DNA from: Fimbriosthenelais zetlandica
Taxonomy: Eukaryota
Assembly (NCBI GenBank): GCA_977030845.1
Contig: OZ365114.1
Coordinates: forward strand, 19,034,001-19,098,000
Length of the DNA: 64,000 bases
Reading direction: 5' to 3'
The position numbers and the translations under genes were made by a program. Numbering within the stretch: position 1 is the first letter of the stretch; each line of letters starts with the position of its first letter. Of the stretch, positions 1 through 13,849 are shown one piece after another. The notes under the pieces were generated by a model that did not search any database, was not told the DNA's origin, and saw nothing but the letters and a program-made list of their open reading frames with translations.

Positions 1-399
1 GATGGCGCCCAAACGTATCTAAGGTTGACCTACATTTATTTTTTAATGTTTAATTCTGATTAGAATAAAGCAGGGAACTCCAATTTGACCATACCGATCA
101 ATTACCAATATTGACCAGCGTCAACCGACAAAATATTGAATGTGTATTTGACCATTTAATAGGATTTTGAGCCATTTGAAAAAATGACCAACAGGTCCAG
201 CTAGACACACTAAAGAAGTCGAGGACTACCGAGTAGTCTTCGACAAAAACCAATGCTCTGATGTATGACAAGGACTGAATTAACAGCAAGAAAAACCTTA
301 GTGTGGAAAAACCTCTCATTGGGCTCTCTTGGCAAGGTCTTAGTTGCGAACCTCTTGGGAATAGTCTGAAAATAGCCTGACCAAGTCACGACTCTTCCC

Positions 400-2300
400 A
401 TCCACCATAAGCAACACATGAAACTACATACACTAAAAACCTGTCAACGTTTCCTTTACTATCAATTTTTGTGGAAATTCCAATTCTAACAATGTTCATT
501 ATTTTTGTTTATGTTGGTTGTTACATAGTTTTGCATGCATTGATGCACACAGGGGTAGTTCATTTGAATATGGAACGATTAATCGGGAAGGATGCCCAGT
601 GCATGGATGCTGTACTGGAAAATATATGAAGTGTTTGATTTTTATCGAATTACAAGTTGTTGATATCAAAACACTTCCTGTGACAAGTATGTCGAGAATT
701 TTTCACTATTCATCAAAAGCTCTCAACCCATCATTCAACTTATGAATCATTTATGTATGTATAGCATACATTCTTTTGGTAATATCCCAAACAGCTATAA
801 TATTCCCCTAGGGACATGGGAAACATTGCATATGTCTGTCTATTTATGCCGACATAGACTGATTTTAGCAGTACCCTATCCCTACTTAGGCCGACATACT
901 GCAAGAGTTCTTCAAATGTCGGTTTTGAATGTAAGCTTGATTCTACGGAGCCAAAGATAGAAAGCTATATTTTCTCAGAATACATTGTGTAAACATTTAG
1001 CCTTTGATTCGGGCATTAATGTATGGATGTTTTTTCTAAAGCTATACCATCTAGTGTCCATCTAATTCTAATTGCAGCACAATAGACATGCTTGAAATAC
1101 ATCAATTTAGTGCCATTGTCTGGGTCTATATTCTGGAGTTGGATATCACTCTCTAGTTGCAAATACGAGGCAGATTTCTTGTTAAGAAGAAAGCATAGAG
1201 TTGCAGAGTCTTTGGGTCGTTAGATTTGAAATGATCTTATACTTCCTGCTAAGTCATTTGAGTATTTTACTGTGGTCCTTTTGACAGTGCACTCTGCAGA
1301 AGGAAGCCCTGAATTGATAGTGAATATCAATGTAAGATTTGCCCCTTTCGTCGTATGCACCTTTCAGAGGAAACGCGTAGCGATTTTGTCGGATAATCAA
1401 CCGTCCCATTCACAGTGAGCATCTTCACCTATCTCTCCAGATTATCCCCGGGAAGGAGATAATCAAATAGATCCTCGCAGGACAGCATTTGTCGGGTACA
1501 GGCAGGATAGGTGTGACCTTCTCCTTCTCAGAAGACCAGGGAGAAATGTGAGCTGTAAAAGGTCATGATATTACCTATATGGAAGGTCTAGCAGGAGAGA
1601 TCATTCCCTGCTGTAATCATCTATTGCAGGAGTCAATATCTCCGGTATTACTTCCGGTAAGACCAATGGCTCATCTCCCACAATGCTCCGTCTGGCTGAT
1701 ATCTGAGCAATTACATTAGATATGAGCTGTGTTAATTCATCTTTCCATGCAAATAATAGTAGCTATAGGCCTATATATAGATATGAGGGCCTGGTTGCAC
1801 ACAGAGCTTCAGTTCCACCCACTTTGAAGGAAGTATTAATTTATTACTCTTATAGACTGCACTCGTTACAGACATTCTTTGTTTTATCAAAAATCGAAGA
1901 TCGCCTTGCAAGGCCCTGTTGGATATATGGGTTGCTTTCTCTAGATTAGTGTGGCCTTAAATACGCTAATAGCACCAGATTTCTGTATCGTCAGGCGTCT
2001 GAGGGATATTGATTATCATTTGTGGTTTTCCCACCCGGGTATAGATCCATCAAATGTTGGGAAGTTTTCAAAAAGCTGATCAATACACCTAGATAGATGC
2101 CATCTCAAGTGAATGTGACATCTTTATGGTGTAGACTATAACATCTTGTAGGCTCTATACTCGATATACCGAGGAAGGCCTCTGTTTCTACACATGTGCA
2201 TTGTCTTAACAACAAGATTAGAAACGATAATCCTGAACATCCTTCAGGAAGAGAGGAAAAGTTGGGGACAAGTTCTGTGGAAGAATCTGGGTCATTCATT
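400..2300 (-). mobile_element. Highly decayed non-LTR retrotransposon (LINE) relic, mainly endonuclease region
   Basis: Minus-strand ORF 2105-2329 reads CVETEAFLG...CYSLHHKD, resembling the APE 'cvtETWL...gYslfRkDR' segment. SIYRP occurs near 1765-1780. Many stops and frameshifts; boundaries approximate. Confidence 0.35.
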
Positions 2301-3302
2301 GCCTTACTTACACTAAAAACATGTTGCACCTGTTCATCGGTTCTGTATCTTTCTTTACAAAAGATCGTCCACCGTTTAATTTAAACCTGAGTAACATATA
2401 AATAAAGCCAAAGTTACTATCAGGTCATCGAGGCAATGACAGACCAGCGTTTATGATCTGTTTTTACTGCAGATCTATACATGTGCATGGTCAATATGTA
2501 GTCTGATATGGCATCCATTATCGCCTTCCCTAATATATAATTACGTTGACATTCTTAGTAATCTTCAATACAGAAAAACATGCTGATAATGGTTATAGTG
2601 ATAAACTCTTACATCATTAAATTATACATTCAGGATTGGAATCCCAATATACAGCAGAACTTTGAGGCAAGTCTCTTTTTGCCCGCAGACCCACCGTCAA
2701 GATGTCTGTCAGATCTAGAGCAAGATGAATATCCTCGAGTGTTCTTATTACGAGAGTCAAGTTTTTACACCTAAAGGATCAATTAGAGCATGAACAGGAG
2801 TCTCCTCTGTTTTTCCCCCTAACGAATATAATCCAAATTGATTCAAACTGTCTAGCACAGGTGTCTCCGAAGCATGTCCCGAAGCAGTTCACCTGTTGTT
2901 TCAAAAGGTCTGATTCAATGTTCTAATACCTAATAAAGGTGGTCAATATGGGAGATCTCATCCTCATGATTATTAATGATACTATCTGAACAGGATAATG
3001 AAAGGGATAAATATTGTATTGGCAGCAATGCCAGATCATTTATCCCCCAAATTAAAGGGCGGAACCATTCATAGGTGTGACTCTGGGTACAAAAACAAAT
3101 GATGTGATATCTAATAAAGATCAACACAAAACTCCTGGTTGGCTGCATGAAACCGATATCATGGTTCAGGGTCCATTACATGGAAACACAAATGGGCAGG
3201 GACACATATTGATTTGGCCATTTCTGATTCACATGGCATTCATTTTGACCATGGAGAGATTTTGTCAGGGCCTCATGCTTGACTGCTTAAGAAAATCAAC
3301 TA

Positions 3303-3382
3303 TAGTCTGTCCAAACTAACTTGGACCGAAACCACCGTACATTTCTATGGTGGTTTCGGTCCAAGTTAGTTTGGACAGACTG
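3303..3382. mobile_element. 80-bp hairpin MITE, Tc1/mariner-like
   Basis: Perfect 33-bp inverted repeats at 3304-3336 and 3349-3381 with a 12-nt spacer. Flanked by TA on both sides (3301-3302, 3383-3384). The right end reads CAGT inward, like Tc1 termini; the corresponding left base is T. Confidence 0.7.
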
Positions 3383-3399
3383 TATACCAACAACATGTT

Positions 3400-6300
3400 C
3401 TATAGTGATCTGGCATTCAGCCATTGGTGTCTGTTCTATGTCCATAATATTTTGTTAGACTGGTCTTGAAATATATTATTATCCAACTGCGGCATTAGAT
3501 AGATCTGTAATAAACGCTGACTCAGAGTTAATCAAATCTTACCTCTCAGTATGGCTGGCTCCACCAATCGCCCCAGACATGTTCTGAAATGAGAGATTAT
3601 TAAAATAATTATACACTTCAGCTCTTCATTATTGTAAAAGAACTATACAATGTGTAGGCTGTAAAAAGCCTCTGGTACAACTGTCTGCTGTAGATGCCTT
3701 CGTTTTTGTGGAAGAAAAGTAGCTCTCTTTTGCACTGTACGCCAGAGTAAAATAGCTCTTCTCTAGTTTTTAGTCATTGGGGGCAGTGTCGAATACGCTC
3801 ATTAGAGAGGCACTTTATCCCTCTATTGGTGAGTGGTTGCTGTGGCTCTATGGGACGACTGAAGAAAAGCCCTTCGCCAAGGTTATAATCAAGAGTAATC
3901 TCTTTCCCACAATACAAGAGATAGACATTCTGTTCTTTTCAATGCCTGTCTTACTGAATGATCTGTATATGAGACGCAGAATTGTTGTCATCAGCCGTCT
4001 CCATAGCAACTATGTGGACATCTTAATGTTACTTAAGGCATACTTGCCTGGGGACATTCCTTATATATATGTCAGCTAAGATAGGAGAGGAATGAAATGC
4101 CCTCAGACAGTTCTATGACACCACGACAGGAGTAAATTTAATAATGGTGATTTCTGCTTGGCATTTTCAGGAATAAATACTGAAAGAAAATCCATTCATG
4201 ACAATCCAGGAAATGTGGAAACATTTATGAGGGGAAAAGATTTTAAACAATCTTTGTTAAAGAACACCGGAGCTGTAAGCCTTATTTGAAATGGCAAATA
4301 CTATTGAGACATTTATTTATCTTAGTAAACTCATCCTCTTCACAAATCGTTGAAGGCAATTTGGGAGATGGGATTCATCATTTTTGTAAGGGATGGGCGA
4401 TTGTTTCTATTGAAAGGAGAAATCAAATAAATGAATCCAAATAATTTACCATGAAAAGATGTCTGGAAATAAAGGCTCACATTAATCCAATCTCCACATG
4501 TTGAAACAGGACGCCTCTTGAGGCATGGAACTAGAGAACTGGATGATTAGCCATGTTTTGCGATTCCAGTTCATTTTCCTGATGATCTACTCGAGGAATG
4601 GCATCAACAAACACAGCTTCTGATCTTTGTTTGAAAACATGGAGTTCCTTAATTGGCCCATGGAAAAACAGTTATCTCTGAGAAAACCCTTTGGATAAGA
4701 CTTCAAACTAATTCTATTCACTGTCATGGTTCTGTTAAAGACTTGGTACTGTACATCATTTAAAATCAAATCAATTTCAAATCAAATCCATGTCTTCTGG
4801 AAAGAGATCACCTACACGTACACACATGTACATGTTGCTGTTGACATTGATCCGGTCTGATGTTGAAAAGAAGCGAAATATCTGAATTGCAGGTTGCCAC
4901 AAAAGTATGAATTATTGACTGTGTTTTCTCGTTGAAGAGGAAGAAATCAGTGGCAGAAATGGGTTACTCGGAAAATCCAGTGCAACCTGAACTCTCGCGT
5001 GAAATCTTACTCTTCTCTTGTCCATGAAGATCATACATACTCTGATTTCCCACGTGACTTAAAGCTTTACATTCAGATTCCATCAGTAAGATTGAAAAAA
5101 GATGAACATTTACACACATACATATACCAGAACCTTAATAAAAATGTTCTATAAGCCATCTTCCCACGGCAAGGGTTCTGTCACTCGTTAGCAACTCCGT
5201 CATCTGGACCTGCTATGCCTATGGGAGGTTGCGCACATGCCCCTGTAAAAGTACCTATATGCAGTGCTTGCTTACAATCATTGTTAGATTTTTTAATCTT
5301 CTGAAGGTAAAATAAAGGTAAAACATGTTGTTACGTTGTTTCCTGTTTTGGATGCAGCCCATAAAGGCAAATTTATAGAACCTTCGACAATGACAATGAA
5401 ATGCCTAATGGAAATGGAAAAATGCCTAAACAAGACACATGCATGTTCCTTATGATGTGTGACAATCAACTCCTAAATGGGACACACAATGTGAACATTT
5501 CCTGTTTCGGGAGGTTCATAGATATGTTCCAAGAAGTGCCACCTAGTGCCACTACTACTAAACTTCTTAGCTCCGAGCATGCCCAGTACAGAGCACATTA
5601 TCTTTTCTAAGAAAACATGTGGTACATATTGATCCTTTAATAGGGCAGGAACATAAAGGCAATAGAGGAGAGAGGTTGAGCATTTGGATGAAAGACATCT
5701 CTGGTGAACCTGGATTATAGAAGGTTCCATTATGTCAGGGTCTTTTCAAACAGAGTCTGAAGAACCCGTACCTTACCTCGCCAGTATAAATAGCATCATT
5801 TACCAGCTCTACAATAGGCAGAGCAATAACAAACGGCCCATATATTCTTATATCTAAAACCTTGTGTACAATTTGTTCCCATGATTTTATCAATATTCTC
5901 CCATACACAGATTCTTACTCCTCAAACAGTCGTGTACTATTAGCTACATTAGGGATTTTTAGAGCATACATCGGGATAATATTTTCGTCAGATAGTTTCT
6001 TTAGTTGGGAGAGTATGCTCTGTGATTGCAGTTTTCAGCCATTGATTTTACATCAGTTTTTCTTGGGGATTCTGAGACTTGATAAAGGAAAACGGTAGAT
6101 AATGTGATGCACTTCCTTGATGCTCTGATTGGCAAATATTTACCGTTTCCTGCATCAAGATGGTTCTAGTGCTGACTTTATGGCACATCTGATGATACCA
6201 TGATAAGAAGAATCACTCAGGAAAAACTGATTCAAATGGTTCAATTGTATTATGATTTGAATGGGTTAAGGTATGATGATACGTACCTCTGGTATGTTTT

Positions 6301-7000
6301 GGGCATTATCTCATTGAGGGCTTTTCGAGTCCCAAAATGAACCTTTAATCTATTTCATAGGGTGCCCCACACTTCCTCTGTAACTAGAATTGGTGGGTAT
6401 TTAAAGGCATTTTATGCGCACCACTTCCTGAGTTCAAGAATAATTCTTTCGGTACAACCATACAACCAGTGGTGAAACTAACAGCTGTGTCATTATTTCA
6501 TAATTCATGAAGCCAAAGACTGGTCTTGTAGTTGACCTGTCGTGTTTGTCATCTGGCTGTTTTCCAACAGTGGAGTCAGGAGAGCAAGAGAAGATTGCCT
6601 CAAATTAGCCTCCTGCCTATAGTTTCCGAACCTCCAGCAGGCAAAGCAGGACTTACGATTATAGGAGGGCAATTGATGTAAAAGATGACCCAAGTTGGAG
6701 GACGATCATTCCCATGCTCCTTACAGACCTGCAAATTACCAACCCACTTATTCCAGGCTTAAATGAAGCAGGTGTAATGAGCGTTCAATTTAAGCTTGCT
6801 TAATTTATTGGAGTAGAACAAATCTCTCTTTAAAGTCGGTTTGAGGAGGCGCCAATGATTTTCTAAGAGAGATGTTAACGCTCATGAGAGAGATGTACTC
6901 CTAATTTGGCTCCTTAAATGCTTCACTCTATGAATTAAGTAATTGGGAAGCGCTAGAAAGAATTTTAATCAAGGAAGTAATTATTCGTATGTGAAAAGTA
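3400..7000 (-). mobile_element. Decayed LINE ORF2 relic (endonuclease + RT)
   Basis: Motifs appear in ORF2 order on the - strand: YINCPP (~6670), GIAGPDDGVANE (5184-5219, cf. KApGPDGIxNE), NPFLPLIS (~4940-4965, cf. NYRPISL) and ETADD (3987-4001, cf. YADD). Many stops. Confidence 0.5.
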
Positions 7001-7249
7001 TATATTATATCGGGATGTTAATAGGAGCAGTGTCTTATCTCTTCCCTTTGTTACCAAGGCATTGCCTCTAATGATACCTCGGGAGAGATAGGCTAGGTAA
7101 AAGGTGTCAGTATGCAGTATGATTATTAAGGATGTTAAATTCAGGTACATATGATGTTATTACCTGTACACCATTGCCATGCAACCATTAGGTCAAATCC
7201 GCTATGCATGCTGTCCCTCCTCTAATACAAGAATCCACTATATCTTGCT

Positions 7250-9900
7250 GTAGGACAATGAAACCAATATAGATTAAATCATAGGGTCAGATAACATGAA
7301 TGGGCACAATGTCATGCCTTATCAGTGTCACAACACCCATGTCCTTACCACTCCGTCAGTTTCTGTCAATCACTTGAATAATATGATTGTTCTTAAAGCA
7401 TCAACTGGTGCAGGTCAGGACAGGTTATCACCCTTAATCCTGCAGCCAAATTCAAAAGCATTAGACCCCTATGAATTATTACTCCTCTATCTCCTGCATT
7501 CACTATCAGGAGTGATTATATATTGAATTTTCGACCAGTTTGCTCATTCCAAGGATCCCACATTCTCATACTCCATAAGCCGAGACCACAAATCAATGCT
7601 TGAGACCTAAGGAAATATGGGTCATACAAAAACCTCATGCAAAACCTGCTGCAGCATACCTTTTAAATCCCTTTAACACTACTCTTTATTTGGGTGCATT
7701 TTAGAGTAAAAAGTTACTGAATAAAATAAATGATTCTCCTGTTAAATCTAGTGTACAATATATATTATTGCCAGGGAATCTGTGGAAAGCTTGAGTATCA
7801 TGGTAAATGGAACTTCTTTAAGTGTTAAGAGATGCTGGTGAACTCTCAAGGGGGATGGCTTGATAGGCCAGGCCGTGCCAGTCGATTCCGCTGACAATTC
7901 CAAACAGTTACCCCGTTTCCAACACTGACAGATTGTTTTAAAGGCTTTTCCCCATTGACCCTTAATCAATTCCTTGAGGATGGTTGTTCTCCGCGAATAA
8001 TGACCCTTGGAATCAATTTGAATGTTGGAATTGTTACATAATTTACCTTCAGTCGACGAATGGTAATGGGAGAGGATTGTTCTGAACAGTGTTCGCGCTC
8101 CGTTAAATAAATTTTACATCTGACTCTGCGACGGCTGCTGATTGTGTAGAAACAGAGTTAGTCTTGATGCTAACAATGATCAGATTCTGATAACTTATTT
8201 AAAACTGAGATCAATATAGAATCGATCAAACAAATTGTCTTCATTTTGATCTCTTTTGGATGACTTGAAGTCAATGTTTGCCCATGATACACTTGACTCG
8301 GAGATAATCATTGAAACATCGAATATTCTAAATGTAACGCCACATTTTGGAAGGAATAAATTCCCAAAATGTTGAGTAGTTCTGAAGGCAAATATATTGT
8401 GCAAGAGGATTTGGGAGAGAAATGTGGGAGGGAAACGAAGAACTATTTTCCAGAGCCTTTTCACCACATCAGGGAGAAGATTCGCACATACCTACATATG
8501 AGCCCCATATATTGTAGATGTACAAGAGTTAATTGAATAGCACTAGGGACTAGGGTCGACAATCAGCTTCTGAAAGGCATTTTTACCCCATCTGTTGATC
8601 TATAATCCTCTTTAGAGACCGGGAGGAATTCTCAATATATTTTATTTAAAATCACGAGTTCTTATAAGGAAAGGGGGCTGGGGTCTTTTGATGTTGCTCT
8701 TCTAATAGGTTCTTATCCTTCACCAGGCTTTGACACCAGATATGGAGGTCCTGTCTGGCTGTAAAAGTGACTTCATACTTAGAAGGGGAGGAGGCGGGGA
8801 AGAGCTGTAGGTGGCCTTAGAGTGTGAGAGCATCTGATAAAATCCTTTCATGTGAAGGTATTTGGTGTGGGAAATCCTCCAGCCGAGGTAGTACTACCCA
8901 GACATCTGTGAGATATTATGAATTTAAAAAACACTTTTAAATGGAAAATATGTAGAGCAAGAGCAACCTGCCTACTGATGCCTGCCAGAAATCTCCCAGA
9001 TCCCCCCATAACAGATAGTTTTGCAAAAACCTTTCTTGTTCAATTTCAATGTAATGTTTTTGGTTGAGAGTATTCAATTTCGTCACAGAACAGTTTTAAC
9101 ATATATGATAGTTCTGTTCCTAAGTTATAGCAGCCTTTATTAAATAAATTGCCGAATGTATAGGCCATATCTGAACTTTTGGGATATTGTGGACATTTCC
9201 ATCAATCATTCATACAGTGTCAGATCTCAAATTCCCCGTCTATCAGATCTGTGGACAACTTCTGGTGTCAAGCTTCTACTTTCAACACGACTGCTTTCTA
9301 ACACACTTTCCTGAGGCCTGACCAAATACAGCGTGAACGCTATGGCTGATATTATATTTAACATTGAATATCGCTACCCTAGTCCCATGCCATCAAGCAG
9401 GCCTGCTTTTTGCTTTGAAGTTGGATGGTCACAGCCAGCAGTACGATTTTACATTCTTAATTCAGGCTGCTTCTAAATGGGTACGTGAGAGCAGACGCAG
9501 AAATAATGTTTTTGAGTTAATGATACAACATTGCACATCCGGTATTTTCAGCTCAATGTGTAATTTCGATGACAGGGAATGAAGATAAAACTGACAACAT
9601 AACGATCTATATCTTCAGATTAATGATGTAAATAACTACATCTCCTTGATATCTAGATAATCAGAATCAGCATACTCATTGAATAACAAATTTACCAGCG
9701 AAAAAATAGTTGGGTATATTTGACATTTTTGGGTCAAACCTGGTATTTTTAGAGTGTGGAATTTGTGCACATATAAAGCAAAGTGGCATGCAAAGAACCC
9801 ACTATCCTCGCCATTCTTTCATAGGCAGTTGCTGCCAGGGTTATTCAATAGCTGACCGGCAGTTGTTGGCCCGATCTGCCATTAGTGAATAGTCGTCCGC
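7250..9900 (-). mobile_element. Decayed LINE ORF2 relic
   Basis: Minus strand: HRSDRRG (9233-9253), SSPITI (~8060-8080, cf. YRPITI), GKAFKTI in ORF 7748-7969 (cf. SKAFDTV). Degenerate; boundaries approximate. Confidence 0.4.
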
Positions 9901-10299
9901 AGGCGGAGCCATATCATACGTTTATGGCATTTGCTTGAATGTGCACATCACACACAATATATTTAAGCCCTTTGTGTCTGCAAAGGTTCCGGGCCTTGAT
10001 GCTGTGTGAAAACATAGATCCTAAGGAACACAGTGCAGGAGGCTAAGGCTGCCCTAGCAAGTTTGCTCTATTGCTATCAGCAGCTATCTTTGATATTCAT
10101 ATCACAGCATACATTGTACGATTGGATTCTGTACACAGTGGAACATCTAAGCCCAGTTCAAGGTGTTCATTTTTCAAAGTCTTTCAAATTTAATCTTGTA
10201 GGCCTACTACCCGAATGTCATTAGGGAAAACTCGGGGAACATCTTCGAATCAAAAGATTTTTTCAAGCAAATGTGAGCCTTTAACAGTTTAGTTATACA

Positions 10300-12700
10300 G
10301 CAAATTAAAATTGCCATAATGTTTAGTAGAGCTTCCAAGAGCTTAAAATTATGAAAGATGTGTATTTAAGAAAGCAAAATCTCAAATACATCCATGTCTA
10401 AAGCAGCCCACATCATTCACACCTATGGGTTAGGTTCTACCATGCATGGAGGTAAAGACTGGGAAATTATAGGGAATGAAATCCATTGTGGGTATGTTGG
10501 TGGTTGGTTCGTGGCTCATTGAATCCTACAGCTGGGAGAGGGAAATTCGCCCCTGAACAGCGACGCGACTACTCATAATGTTCCCCAACACACATTTGGA
10601 CGAAAATGGAATTCACAGAAGTGTGGAATCCTTCCCTTAAATCGATTCCCAAACCTCACTGATTGACTGGTCTCCGCTTGAAGACAGCATGGTAGAGATG
10701 TTGGGTGTATTTTTCTACTAAATATATCCTACTTCACACGCGCCTCTTCCGGCTGAGACTTGAGGACTTCGACAACTCGCATTTCATCAAATATGCTGAC
10801 TACAACCATCGATCGTTGAGGCAAGCAATTAGGGAAAATCAAATGCATATTAGAATATTATAGCCTAATGCCTATAGAAACAAAATATTTATGAACAATG
10901 GAAGTATAAATGTATTAGATATTTCCGTAGACAATGCGTACTGTGTACCAAACCTCAATTTCTTGACTATTGACCACAGGACAGACCTAGTATAGAAGGG
11001 ATCAGACAGGTCATACAGTCTAATGTTGATCTGTAGGAAATCTTCCTGATTACTTTCATACCCGGGAGAGAGGTGGGAAGTGAGAAAGGGAAAGGAGGGA
11101 TTCATCTGGCGCCTATTCCACTCCTGGGAAAAATGTTACAGTGGATACGGAAACTGATCAATTATTGATGTCAGTAATCCCGACTGCCTGCATTTCAAGA
11201 GCGAATATCTACCTCACTAGAACCAAATGTTTGCTGTTTCTTAGCAACAACATCTTCACCATGATCTTGCAAGAGTTCGACCTTAACAAACTTCTATATA
11301 ATCTGAGTTGTCTTTGGATCTCCAGCCTTGAGTCAAGCCAACTTAGGTTTTCTCAGTAGGACATTACAGATTGCACAAATGCAATTTGCCTTCATCTAAC
11401 TTGGTTCAAGTTTTGCTTAGCTTCAAGCATGGAATAGCTGACCTCGTTTCAAAGTTTAACTCTGAGGCCACCCACTTATTAATTAGAATATTCAAAATAT
11501 CTCCAGCTTATTAACACATTCTTCAGTAATGATAATGCTTCAAGGTAGGGTTTTATCATATAGCAATCAGGAATCCCATGTGAACAAGGGTGTGGGAATT
11601 CAGGAAGTTCTATAGCTAGTCCAATTACTTTGCTATGCATGGAGAATGGGATCTGAAGACAGTTTTTGGGAAGCTTCCTTGGGGTATTTTCGAGAGAGTT
11701 TTCAAAGCTTTAGGTCAAGAAGAACTGCGGAACAATGAAAACTCCCGGGGGGTTCAACTATTAAGTCATTCTTGCCATTCTAGTCTTGGGGATGTAAGGC
11801 ATGCTCACTCAGTTAATGGAAGGTAATCAATTTTGTATCGGAGGATTAACCATCTGGAGTCATGGCAATGAGTTGTTTGTTTGTGCCAGTTTCCAAGGAA
11901 GACATCAGGGGGAGTTTCCTAGTGCTGGTTACTATAGTAAGCCTGCACCTGTAAACATCGGGATTATATTTCTCAGGGGAAAATATTAATTAACCTCCCC
12001 TTGTAGGGCGAACAAAGCCGGGTGTTTTCATCGCATCTCATTATTCCATTTATATCTTCATTAAAATTACTGCTGTGTCATAATAATTGTAGGGAGCCAT
12101 CACCATAGGCCATTGTGACATATTACATATACCAGATAGATGTACGAATCCACTCGATTTTATCAATGGATGCCTTTACATAATTGCCCAAAGGCCTTTT
12201 GACCGCTTAGATACATGGGATCACGAAACTGGATTTTCCCAGGTAAGGCACGCCAATACCTCCATGAAGTCACCGTTTCCTGGTTCCGTAGAAACCAATT
12301 GATCAAAACATAACAAACGGTGAGGTAGGCAGGCCTTTCCAGAATACTACCTAGTTTACAATTGAACATTTTCTAATTCTAAACTCCCAGTAAGATAATA
12401 TAATGACACCTTTTATAGCTCATGGTGTCTTGAAGAATTACCTTTTGTTCAATTCAGTAGACGTGCTGGAAGCATTGGATTGAATTCAACAGAACATTGT
12501 CTTACTAATATTTAAGTAGATTGTGAATCTAATATTTCTATCAAATAAGACAAAGCGATGCTGATTGTTGTGTGTGAAATATTCATGCACAGATTTAATC
12601 AGCTTCATGTTGAGGAGCTATTAGTGTGGAATCACACTCTGCCAGTGAAGTCTGTTGCCACCACACAGAAACAAGCAAATGTAATCTTAAGAACAGCAAA
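10300..12700 (-). mobile_element. Decayed LINE relic, L2/CR1-like
   Basis: Minus strand: GNGDFM (12263-12280, cf. hGDFN), LSDPF in ORF 10872-11105, L*SAY (10791-10805, cf. LQSAY), QGRISLSQL (~10530-10557). Confidence 0.4.
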
Positions 12701-13849
12701 GCTTTGTTCTTTCATTGTTCTGCCTGTGATAGGACGATGCTTAAACAAGCAAAGATTTCAAAGTGACTGCTTTGGGATTCCATTTGATTGTCACGCTTGA
12801 TGAGAGGAAATGAATTTAAAATAGCAGAAGCGAAATTGGGAATAGAAAGATTGGTAAATTTATACTCAGATTGTTGTGTTGCTAAATCTGAAATCCTTCT
12901 ATTCTTCAGTTCGTCCAGACAGGTTAATTCACGCTTGATGAGATACATTAACTCGTTAATCTTCACTCTCCTAAGTTTGGTTTGTATTGTATAGGAATTA
13001 TTCCGAGATAGTTGTAACAAAAGTTTACTGTGGTGACCTTACATACTATTGGGGACATGACCTGCCTTGGTATGTTGATGAGTATTCCTCATATTATAAC
13101 AATACCTATTAAAGCAATAGTTCAGCGGGTTCAAATGAAAGTGTAGTGGGTTCTATATTATGTGGGATGTATATGGAACCATTCTCTTTGATGACAGGAA
13201 AGTCGGTAGCAAAACAATATTTAAGAGAATTATTTAAGGGATATTGGAACAAACGTCAAAAGTAGGGACTAAAGGGTTTTAATTCCGGTGGGCGGACAGG
13301 AATTCAAAAGATAATTTTCCGTGACTGTCCCTTTACAGTTGACCTCCTCTTCCCTGCAGTTTATTTATCGTTACATACATGTACACATGGTATATCATGA
13401 CCTTTTGCACCAAGTCACCCATACATAACTTTATCAGGGATAACCTGGGATCACAGAGGCTATTGTATCTTGTTCCCTATGAATGACAGTCCACGGTTAC
13501 AACTGGGGACAAAGATCAACAACCGGAAGCGGAGGTCAATTCAAGGTGTATTACAATTCAATGGGCTAAACAATCTTTGATGCAGTTTGTATTTGAGGAG
13601 AAAATCCGATTTAAAGATATCATGCATGGGGTATAGCATCAATGGTTTATATCGATACACCTTCCCTTAACACTTTTAAAAGCTGTGTGATACAATATAA
13701 TAATTATAATTGATTAATTATTCTTATGAATTTCTTCTTCCAGTGATGACATCTGAATATATTCCATACATAATTTCCATATGAACGCTTGTTTGAAATG
13801 AATTAAATCATTAATTCTATCACAGAGTGTTTCTTTCAACCTCTCCACT

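Noticed and set aside
3997-4010. Perfect RFX X-box GTCTCCATAGCAAC
   Set aside because: It lies within the RT-like ADD region of a LINE relic with no adjacent gene, so it is likely coincidental.
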